From the IMG/VR virus record IMGVR_UViG_3300047284_000228, positions 46,787 through 110,786 of that record: 64,000 nt of DNA, one strand, 5' to 3'. Positions 18,629-26,170 of the stretch are shown here, piece after piece. Every line of letters starts with the position of its first letter. The stretch's first letter is position 1. The notes beneath the pieces are model-generated. The model saw nothing but the letters and a program-made list of their open reading frames with translations. It did not search any database and had not been told where the DNA came from. The translations under genes were made by a program, and so were the position numbers. Source of the DNA: a virus.

Positions 18629-19495
18629 ATGATGGACCAATCCAATCAGCAAGTAAAGAGGGTGTCTAATCCTCTAGCAAATTATTTTAGACAACCAAAG
18701 TTATATATGAGATTACCTAGCCAGGGGAACTTTTATCCGCCTGGTTCTTTAGATGTGAGTCAAAACGAAGAATACGCTGTGTATGCCATGACAGCCAAAG
18801 ATGAGTTGATGTTTAAAACTCCCGATGCTCTCATGAACGGTCAATCTACTGTAGAAGTTATCAAGAGCTGTATTCCAGCGATCAAAGAACCTTGGCTCAT
18901 GCCCAGCATCGATCTAGATGCATGTCTTATCGCTATTAGGATCGCTACCTACGGCGAAAGCATGGAAATTAGCAGTACCTGTCCTAGCTGTAGTCATTAT
19001 AATGATTATCAACTGAATCTTCTCGGTTATCTTGAAGAAACTTATAAGTTTAGATATGCTTCTGAATTATCTGTAGGTCCGCTGACTATCCATTTAAGAC
19101 CCTACAGCTACAAAGAAATTACCAAGACTGCTATCAAAACTCTAGAACAACAAAAAATCTTCGAAGTGGTTAATGATCCTAACATGAGTGACGAAGAAAA
19201 AATTGAACGATTTGGAGAAAGTTTTGTCAAGTTAACTGAACTTACTGTTGATGTAGTAGCAGGCTGTATCACACGAATCTCCACACCGGATGGTGATGTG
19301 ACTGATCAACAGATCATTTTAGACTTTATGGAAAATGCAGACAGTACTGTGTTTAACACGGTCAATGATCATATCAGAGATATGAAAGAACTTATGGAAC
19401 TCAAAGCGCAGGATGTTGAATGCGCAGAATGCAAACATCACTGGACTGTGACTGTAAGTATGGATCAGACAAATTTTTTCGCCAAAGGGTCTTAA
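18629..19495 (+). CDS. Baseplate hub/tail assembly chaperone (T4 gp26-like, gpG-type)
   Basis: LPSQG..MTAKDEL..IDLDACLIAIRIATYG; two CxxC motifs; adjacent to the tape measure gene. Confidence 0.75.
   Translation: MMDQSNQQVKRVSNPLANYFRQPKLYMRLPSQGNFYPPGSLDVSQNEEYAVYAMTAKDELMFKTPDALMNGQSTVEVIKSCIPAIKEPWLMPSIDLDACLIAIRIATYGESMEISSTCPSCSHYNDYQLNLLGYLEETYKFRYASELSVGPLTIHLRPYSYKEITKTAIKTLEQQKIFEVVNDPNMSDEEKIERFGESFVKLTELTVDVVAGCITRISTPDGDVTDQQIILDFMENADSTVFNTVNDHIRDMKELMELKAQDVECAECKHHWTVTVSMDQTNFFAKGS
19471..19480 (+). other. Predicted -1 ribosomal frameshift slippery site (A AAT TTT TTC)
   Basis: X XXY YYZ heptamer in frame, just before the stop; the -1 frame is open to 19707. Confidence 0.7.
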
Positions 19496-19707
19496 CACTG
19501 CCTCAGTCTGAGATCCTTGAATTTGTAAAACAAATAGAAAAAGAGGCGCTGTCTATCAAAAAAGATCTTCTCAAGATCTGTTGGTATATGCGAGGTATGA
19601 GCTATTCTGATGCTATGATGCTCAGCTATGAAGAAAGAAACATCATAGGCGAGATCATCAAAGACAATCTTGAAACTACTAAGAAAACAGGTTTACCTTT
19701 CTTTTAA
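19477..19707 (+). CDS. Tail assembly chaperone C-terminal (gpT/gp51-like) segment, probably made as a frameshift fusion
   Basis: WYMRGMSYSDAMMLSYEER motif; -1 frame relative to the upstream ORF; no convincing SD/start of its own. Confidence 0.65.
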   Translation, partial: FRQRVLTLPQSEILEFVKQIEKEALSIKKDLLKICWYMRGMSYSDAMMLSYEERNIIGEIIKDNLETTKKTGLPFF

Positions 19708-20687
19708 CTTCTTCTGAACAGACTAAAGTTTTCAGTTAGACTAGCTTTGGTTCTAACAATGCTGTCAGAAGTTGGTCCCATAATTCTTGCGCGATCTGCA
19801 TCGATTTCGGCCTGACTAGGACCTGCTGGTTTCTTGGCAGGTTTTCTTTTATTTGGCTTGGGCTCTGCTGCCGCAGGTGCTGTCGTAGGTTTAGCAGCTG
19901 GTGCTGCATTTGGATTACCTGGTTTAGCAGTATTAGTTTTACTTACCGGAGCATTTGCCATCGTGTTAGGTTGTTCTGCTCCCCCTTTGGCTAACTGTCC
20001 GACCATTTGTCCCATTGCACTTGCACCAGCATCGGCCGCTGGTGCTGCTGCAGGTTTGGCTGCTGGCTTCTTAGCAGCGGGTCTTTCCATGGCTGCTTTA
20101 ACTTTTGGATCAGCCTGGAGCATGGTTACGATTTCTTTTTTCTGTTCAGGTGCCAATGACGACACTGCTTTTTGTGCCTGAGCATATGCTGTATCAGATT
20201 TAGGTTCGTCTAAAGTTGGTTCTACTCTGCCGGCAGCAGCATCAGCGCCGCCTGCGGCTGCTGTGGTTAGTTTACCAAATGTGCTCTTAGGTGCAGCTTT
20301 GGTAGCTTTTGGTGCAGATGCTGTTCCAGTATCGGCTGCAGGTGCTGCACTACCTCCCCCAGCAGCTGGTGCTGCTCCACTACTGCTACTACCACCGGTT
20401 GCGGCTGTCTTAGTAGTACCTCCGCTTTGAGCTGTATTGCCCGTATCTGCGGCTGTGTCTGCTTCATCATCGTCACCGGCTGCGGCCACGGTAGATTTGC
20501 CTCCACGATAGCCTTTCATAAAAGCTGATCCTAGTCCGGCAACACCGCCGGCCACAGATCCCACCGCCTTGGCAGCAGTTCCTGCAACCTTGCCTACACC
20601 TTGACCAATCTTGTTAAGGATAGGGCCTTCCTGTAACACTGACAGTTCTTGTTGTTGGCTTTCGTTTAATAGTTCATTGATTTTCAT
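19704..20687 (-). CDS. Ala/Pro/Gly-rich probable internal head protein
   Basis: MKINELLNE N-terminus; LNE/LQE/LTE gp21-type sites; low-complexity body. Confidence 0.55.
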   Translation of the reverse strand: MKINELLNESQQQELSVLQEGPILNKIGQGVGKVAGTAAKAVGSVAGGVAGLGSAFMKGYRGGKSTVAAAGDDDEADTAADTGNTAQSGGTTKTAATGGSSSSGAAPAAGGGSAAPAADTGTASAPKATKAAPKSTFGKLTTAAAGGADAAAGRVEPTLDEPKSDTAYAQAQKAVSSLAPEQKKEIVTMLQADPKVKAAMERPAAKKPAAKPAAAPAADAGASAMGQMVGQLAKGGAEQPNTMANAPVSKTNTAKPGNPNAAPAAKPTTAPAAAEPKPNKRKPAKKPAGPSQAEIDADRARIMGPTSDSIVRTKASLTENFSLFRRS

Positions 20688-22207
20688 TTGATGTCCTCTG
20701 CGGCCTGCGGTAACAGTCTTTCTCTGTCTGCGGCGATTTCTGCTGATTGTTTCATACCTTTGGCGCCACCTAATAGGTATTTTAACAATCTTGCCTTGCG
20801 GTCCACAGGTAATTTTGCTACCAGTTGTTTTACTGTTTCTAGATCTGCTAGAGCCTTGCCTGAGCCGGGTGCTGGTAGTTTCATTGAAGCATAGACACTC
20901 TTGATCATTTCAGTGTCAATGTTTTGTTTGGCAAGAAAATCTGCTAGCTGATCCGAATCTGTAGGACTGCCTGCTTTCTGCCAAGCAGAATTTAGTTTGT
21001 CTGCTGTGATTTTTGTGGTTAGATTTCCTGCTTTCTTAGAAACCCAGTTAGCTGCACCTTTAACCATGTCCATGGGACCTTCGTTGAGCTGTTCTGCAGC
21101 AATCCTATTGAATACCAAATATACTTGCCCTTCACTGAGAGGTCTAGATTGTAGGTAAACACTCTCTTTCTTTTCTTTGCCGCCAGCGACACCAGCAGCA
21201 GCCACAGCACCCTGAGACACTGCCTGTAGTCCTTCTTTGGCTGCTTTGATAAAATTAAGCAGCGAATCATTTTTAATAAGTTCTTGTCTACTGATTTCTA
21301 GGGCACTTGCGATTTCTTGTTTATATTCTGCGCTGTTGATGATCTTGGCTACATTTTCTAACTGCTCAAAACCTTCGTTGGCAGCGTCACCGCCCATCCT
21401 TAATAGGGTTTCTGCTGATCTCACAGCACTGGCCATTTCAGGATCTACGATAATATCGATGCCCTGTATTTCTCGTGTCCACTCCATGCCTGGAGCAGTG
21501 ATTGTTTTAGTAGCACCAAACGATACCTGTTCAAATCCTGCATTCTCAGGACCAAATGGAAGAGATTTAATCCTAATACCTTCAGCGAATTCGCCCAGCA
21601 TTTCAAATGCCTTGCCGGATAGATAACCAAATACTGCGGTCTTAACACCTTTACCAATGGCTGTGGAAAGTTTTTCGCCCTTGAGCAGTTCTACAGAACC
21701 TCTCAGTACTTGACCAGCGATAGCGCCACCGACAGGTCCACCTGCCAACGAAGCGATGGCTGTTAATACACCGACAATGGCCGCAGTTTTTCCGGGATTG
21801 GCCTTGGCCCATTCTCCCATACCTGCGACTTTCTGTGATAGATCAGGAAACTTCTTGCTGATAGTGGCCTTGAGATCTTCAAACTTTTGATCAAAAGCCT
21901 TAACTGGTGTGGTGTCCTGTAACCACTTACCGATGTTATTGATGATCGCATCTGCTTTCTTGGCAACATCAACTCCTTTGCCTAATAGAGTCCTGTTTCC
22001 TCCAGCATCAGTGGCTGCTTTTTCCACACCACCAAATATGCCCTGTATCTGTTGAGGTGTTAGACTAGCTTCGATTAAAGGCTGTAGTTCTTTAACAATC
22101 CCCTCGACAATCTTACGTTGTTGTTGATCAAGACCTTGACAAGACTCCACTAGTACTCTACGAGACTCCGTCAGATGATTTTCAACAAGGATATTATTAA
22201 TTTTCAT
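20684..22207 (-). CDS. Probable internal head/ejected protein with glycine-zipper hydrophobic segment
   Basis: MKINNILVE N-terminus; multiple L-x-E sites; AAIVGVLTAIASLAGGPVGGAIAG segment; TAAATA upstream. Confidence 0.55.
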   Translation of the reverse strand: MKINNILVENHLTESRRVLVESCQGLDQQQRKIVEGIVKELQPLIEASLTPQQIQGIFGGVEKAATDAGGNRTLLGKGVDVAKKADAIINNIGKWLQDTTPVKAFDQKFEDLKATISKKFPDLSQKVAGMGEWAKANPGKTAAIVGVLTAIASLAGGPVGGAIAGQVLRGSVELLKGEKLSTAIGKGVKTAVFGYLSGKAFEMLGEFAEGIRIKSLPFGPENAGFEQVSFGATKTITAPGMEWTREIQGIDIIVDPEMASAVRSAETLLRMGGDAANEGFEQLENVAKIINSAEYKQEIASALEISRQELIKNDSLLNFIKAAKEGLQAVSQGAVAAAGVAGGKEKKESVYLQSRPLSEGQVYLVFNRIAAEQLNEGPMDMVKGAANWVSKKAGNLTTKITADKLNSAWQKAGSPTDSDQLADFLAKQNIDTEMIKSVYASMKLPAPGSGKALADLETVKQLVAKLPVDRKARLLKYLLGGAKGMKQSAEIAADRERLLPQAAEDIK

Positions 22208-22227
22208 GGTTTGAATCCAATATTGTT

Positions 22228-22237
22228 TATTTATTTA
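22228..22237 (-). promoter_or_regulatory. Tandem late promoter motif TAAATAAATA
   Basis: Upstream of ATG 22207. Confidence 0.55.
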
Positions 22238-22239
22238 AG

Positions 22240-22688
22240 AAACGAGCTTGCGCTCGTTTTGCGTTTTCGCTTACGCTCAACGCAATTTTTTCTTTCTTAG
22301 GATTTTTTCCGCGAAGCGGAAAGTTTAGCATTATCCAGATTTTAATGGTCACACTTAGCCCAGCTAAGGGCCAAGAGTACATTATCCGAGTTCGGCAAGT
22401 CACACAGCGTTATGGCATTACAGAGGCGGTTGTCCGGTACCTCGAGCCACGTCTTTACACAACGGCGGCCTACAACAATACGCTATCACTGCTGTAGACG
22501 TGCAGGTTTTCCCTGCTCTTTTTGCCTTTTTATCCTATTCAAACAACCAAATCGCAGGGCTTACAAGCGATCTTCATCCCGAAGGGTAGTGGTTGAGCAC
22601 CTTAGCGGCAAGGTTTTCCGTCCCTGTGACCACGATTGACCAGGTATAGAGCGCACGAATTTGGGCCTGCGCTAGCCAAAAACCGCTG
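22240..22688 (-). ncRNA. Putative large structured non-coding RNA (or RNA-primed origin) downstream of the GIY-YIG gene
   Basis: Largest intergenic gap in the window; GC-richer than the flanks; more than 10 helices by eye, with G.U pairs, GNRA and UUCG loops that favour the - strand. Confidence 0.6.
22329..22405. repeat. Bipartite direct repeat CATTATCC-N11-GTCACAC x2 (51-bp period)
   Basis: Copies at 22329-22354 and 22380-22405. Confidence 0.85.
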
Positions 22689-23123
22689 TTATTTTGCCTT
22701 TTTATGTTCTTCGAGGCGCTGTCTAAGTATGTTTGATCCGCCGACTCTGACGTTTATAATGCCATTATAATAGTCATCTGTTTCTAAAACTCTGCGTTCA
22801 AACTGCTCTCTAGCCTCTAGATATGACATTTCTGCCTTGGATTTGCAAAGGTAAAGTATTTCTCTTGTGAAGTTTTCCGGACCTAATGCTTGGACGTCTG
22901 CTTGTAGCCTATCAGAAGAACCCCAGTAATCGCGCCAATCGCTTTCAACTACTGATCTTCTTTTAAGTTTTTTGCCTTTGAGAGGTGGTTTTGTGCGCTT
23001 AAACTGTGCTAGTTTTTTGCCTATGTATTTCTGTCCGGTGGTGAGATTTGTAATAAGATAAACAAAGCCAATATAGCCTTCGGGTATTTCTTCTACGGGT
23101 TGATTTTGATATGTCCACAGCAC
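22689..23123 (-). CDS. Stand-alone GIY-YIG endonuclease (Seg-like catalytic domain)
   Basis: GFVYLITN..KYIGKK, YWGSS, FTREIL, LEA.E..YYN motifs; GTG start; no C-terminal DNA-binding module. Confidence 0.85.
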   Translation of the reverse strand: MLWTYQNQPVEEIPEGYIGFVYLITNLTTGQKYIGKKLAQFKRTKPPLKGKKLKRRSVVESDWRDYWGSSDRLQADVQALGPENFTREILYLCKSKAEMSYLEAREQFERRVLETDDYYNGIINVRVGGSNILRQRLEEHKKAK

Positions 23124-23354
23124 TCATTTAGTTACCTTGGGGGGTCTGCCTAGCATGCCTTTTCTGGATTTCTTACGTTGCTTTCTTTTTTCTTGTATTT
23201 CTACTCGCCTTTTTGATGCCTCGTTACGTATTTCTGATAGCCAATACCTAGCTTTGATGCCTGCCTCATCTGAATTTCTGTACTCAAAACGATCTTGCCA
23301 TTTAAAATACTGCTGAAATGCTTCGATCATTTTATCATGACTTTCAGTGGTCAA
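23124..23354 (-). CDS. Small basic protein resembling the histone H1-like Hc1 family
   Basis: F...N..AG.KAR..LSEI....K.RR.EIQE pattern; Lys/Arg tail with GRPPK. Confidence 0.55.
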   Translation of the reverse strand: MTTESHDKMIEAFQQYFKWQDRFEYRNSDEAGIKARYWLSEIRNEASKRRVEIQEKRKQRKKSRKGMLGRPPKVTK

Positions 23355-25129
23355 TCTAATATCTCCACATCGTTACTGTAACTGGTAAATCCGTTTTCTT
23401 TGATGACCTTTAATACATGATTTACTCGATTTGTCAGGTCGTCTCGATGGCTGATCAAGAAAACATTCTTATCACGTTCTCTAGTCATCCTCTTGAGTAC
23501 AGCGATACTTGATTCGACACCACTGGCGTCCATGCCCGAGTCTACTAGTTCGTCGATAAACAGTAGATTGATGCTGGTATATAAATTTTCCCATACATCT
23601 CTAAATGCCCAGCTTAGACTTAGGATTAATCTATTACGTTCACCTCGACTCAGATTATCGAAATCTAGGTCTTGTCCTAGTTGTGTAATGGTCACAGTTA
23701 GATCATTCTGGAATTCTACGATATGGGGTAGTCCGATCTTGTCTAGATAATAGGTTAGACGCTGATTTAAAAATGCTAGATTCTGGTCAATGATGCGCTT
23801 ACGGACAAAACTATCTTTGTTGGTCAACAATTTATGCAGGAATTCTTGATGATCTTTAACTCTAGTCAATTCGTTGACAGAATTCCAGTCGATTTCTTGT
23901 ACGGCAGTTTTGCGTAGCTCGTCGATCTGTTCACCGTAGGGATTAGATTCTGCTTCTTTGATACTAAGGTCTCTTTCTAGACTTTCTAGAGTGTTCTTAT
24001 GATTCAGTGCTTCCTCTAGGCTGTTATAAATCACAGTAGGACATGCACCGAGATCTCCCAGCAGTCCGAGAGCTTCGTTGAGTGTAGCTAGTTCTGTTTC
24101 ATATTCTTTGATCAAAGCTAGACTATCTTCGACTTGTTTGGATTTAGCAGTGACCATATCTTCATGTTTATGATCGTGTATGTCCTGACCGCAGGCATGG
24201 CACTTATGTTCAGCTAATAAGACCAGTTCTTTTTCTAGCTTTTCTAGCATACGCTGTTCTTTGTCCAATGTCGATGTCTGTTTAGCGATCAATGCAGTAA
24301 GACTGTCTTTCTCTTTTTTGTTTTTTGACCAATCCGAGAGATTTTTTTGATCTAGTATTTCTTGATCGATGTCTATGTTACTGAGACGGTCTATGCTTTT
24401 TCTTAGATTTTCAAGACTTGACTCTTTTTGATCTTCCCAGATCTTCTGCTTTCTCTCTAGAGCTTCGATGCTTTGTTGTATACGATCGTTGGATGCCTTT
24501 ACAGTTTCAATCCTTGTGTTTTCGGTTGAGATAGCATCTTTGGTATGTTTGATCTGTTCTTTGAGGTTTTCTGCTTTTTCACTGAGCTGTGTGATTCCTA
24601 ATAGCTGCTCAATGATAGATCTTTGATCCGCAGCCTTCATACTAAGGAACGGTTCGGTATAAGTGTTGAGAGCAACTAAATGTTTGAACATCTCGTGGCT
24701 CATAGAAAACACTTCTTCGATGGACTTCTGTGTTTCTCTGCTGTCTCCCTGCGACTCGTCTAGGTCTTTAAGTTCCTGTTCTTCTCCGTTGATACTAAAT
24801 TTTAAAAGATTAGGTTTGCGTCCACGTTCGATGTGATACTCAACTCCGTCTTTTTCAAAGGTCACAGTGACCAACATACCTTTGCTGTTGATCTTATTGA
24901 TAAGATTATCGCGCTTGATGTTGGTTAGGGCTTGACCGTAGATAGCATAGCTCAGTCCGTTGATGATTGTAGTTTTGCCTGTTCCGTTGCGGGCGCCAGA
25001 GTCATCACCTCCTAGATCTAAATTTTCACCTAGGACCAAGGTCAACTGCCCACGGTCAAAGTCGATAGCCTGGGTTTGATTACCCACGCTCATGAAATTT
25101 CTTACAGTTAGATTCTTTATCTTGATCAT
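23351..25129 (-). CDS. gp46: Recombination endonuclease ATPase subunit (gp46/Rad50/SbcC)
   Basis: Walker A GARNGTGKTT, coiled coil with CHAC zinc hook, LSRGE signature, LFIDE Walker B, ISH motif. Confidence 0.95.
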   Translation of the reverse strand: MIKIKNLTVRNFMSVGNQTQAIDFDRGQLTLVLGENLDLGGDDSGARNGTGKTTIINGLSYAIYGQALTNIKRDNLINKINSKGMLVTVTFEKDGVEYHIERGRKPNLLKFSINGEEQELKDLDESQGDSRETQKSIEEVFSMSHEMFKHLVALNTYTEPFLSMKAADQRSIIEQLLGITQLSEKAENLKEQIKHTKDAISTENTRIETVKASNDRIQQSIEALERKQKIWEDQKESSLENLRKSIDRLSNIDIDQEILDQKNLSDWSKNKKEKDSLTALIAKQTSTLDKEQRMLEKLEKELVLLAEHKCHACGQDIHDHKHEDMVTAKSKQVEDSLALIKEYETELATLNEALGLLGDLGACPTVIYNSLEEALNHKNTLESLERDLSIKEAESNPYGEQIDELRKTAVQEIDWNSVNELTRVKDHQEFLHKLLTNKDSFVRKRIIDQNLAFLNQRLTYYLDKIGLPHIVEFQNDLTVTITQLGQDLDFDNLSRGERNRLILSLSWAFRDVWENLYTSINLLFIDELVDSGMDASGVESSIAVLKRMTRERDKNVFLISHRDDLTNRVNHVLKVIKENGFTSYSNDVEILD

Positions 25130-26136
25130 AATTCTTTGTAAATGTCTACTAATAGACCCTTGTCATAGGTATCGCTTTCGATAGCATTGATCTGATTCAG
25201 AACGATCGTGTCTACTGATTCAAATTGAATATCTATCGCTACCTGTGAAGTTTCAATTTCTACTTTTTCTGGAATCAACATCAATTCTCGCAGATTATAC
25301 TGCGGAATAAACTGCTCTTTGATGAAATTTGCTTCTTCGAAAGTGATAGGCAGATCTATGGTCACCCGACAGTGCATTTTTTCTTTGAGTAACTCGTCTG
25401 GGCGATCGATGATCTGGCTTAACTTGTATATTCTATAAACAGGCTGACCGGGCCAAGTTCGATACTCTGGCACACCACCCCATTCTAAGATCATCATGCC
25501 ACGCTCGTCGTCACCTGCGTCTGCATAATTGTGCGGAAATGCATTGCCTATATAGACGATATTAGCAGCCTGTTGTCGTTTGTGAAAGTGCCCTGTAAAC
25601 ACATAGTCTTGATTGACAAAGTGAGAACGTTGAATAGTACCGTGATCGGGCATCTGTACCATGGCATTCATGTAAAAGCTAGGTAATTCTAGATGTCCAA
25701 AGATATATCGACTTTTAATGTTAGGAATATCTTTCCATTCGTCGGCTACTAGCCAGGGCATGATAGTGACATTGCCCTGAGTAAGTGTATCTTTGATGGG
25801 AACGATGTTAGGAAACAGCCGCATAAACTCGATAGAGTTAATTTCACGTTTGTCCTTATAGAACAAGTCGTGGTTTCCTAGAATAAAATACACTTTCTCA
25901 AAATTTTGACTTAGTCTTTCTAAGTTTGACACAGTATAGTTCATAGTACTCACGTCAGTGGTACTGCGATTGTGATGCCAATCACCTAAGAAGATACAGG
26001 TTTCTGCGCCTTCTGCTCGAGCAGTTTCGCAAAACCATTTTACAAACTCTTCACAATCGATATTGTGAGTACGACTACCTGATTTCAACCCAAAGTGTAT
26101 GTCAGTAAAACAGGCTACTTTTTTGAAAAGATTCAT
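25126..26136 (-). CDS. gp47: Recombination nuclease subunit (gp47/Mre11/SbcD)
   Basis: Metallophosphoesterase motifs DIH, GDWHH, GNHD, GHLE, GHFH. Confidence 0.95.
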   Translation of the reverse strand: MNLFKKVACFTDIHFGLKSGSRTHNIDCEEFVKWFCETARAEGAETCIFLGDWHHNRSTTDVSTMNYTVSNLERLSQNFEKVYFILGNHDLFYKDKREINSIEFMRLFPNIVPIKDTLTQGNVTIMPWLVADEWKDIPNIKSRYIFGHLELPSFYMNAMVQMPDHGTIQRSHFVNQDYVFTGHFHKRQQAANIVYIGNAFPHNYADAGDDERGMMILEWGGVPEYRTWPGQPVYRIYKLSQIIDRPDELLKEKMHCRVTIDLPITFEEANFIKEQFIPQYNLRELMLIPEKVEIETSQVAIDIQFESVDTIVLNQINAIESDTYDKGLLVDIYKEL

Positions 26137-26141
26137 AATAT

Positions 26142-26170
26142 ATTATAACACTATTAATTGACTATATCAA
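26142..26170 (-). promoter_or_regulatory. Sigma70-type promoter TTGATA-N17-TATAAT with extended -10 (TG)
   Basis: -35 at 26170-26165 and -10 at 26147-26142; ATG lies 5 nt after the -10 box. Confidence 0.75.

Noticed and set aside
22329-22405. CRISPR or TIGR array
   Set aside because: Only two units with 11-nt cores, no box C/D motifs, and no Cas or Nop-domain gene in the window
22412-22639. 75-aa ORF on the + strand
   Set aside because: No SD, atypical Arg/Cys-rich composition, opposite to the flanking operon; better explained as a shadow of the structured element
22240-22688. tmRNA, RNase P RNA or tRNA
   Set aside because: No tRNA-like T-arm or acceptor end, and no GAGGAAAGUCC-type RNase P signature
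22240-23123. Group I intron carrying a GIY-YIG homing endonuclease
   Set aside because: The nuclease ORF abuts the upstream gene with no room for a 5' intron half, no interrupted gene is evident, and I could not find canonical P7/R-S elements. A cmscan should confirm.
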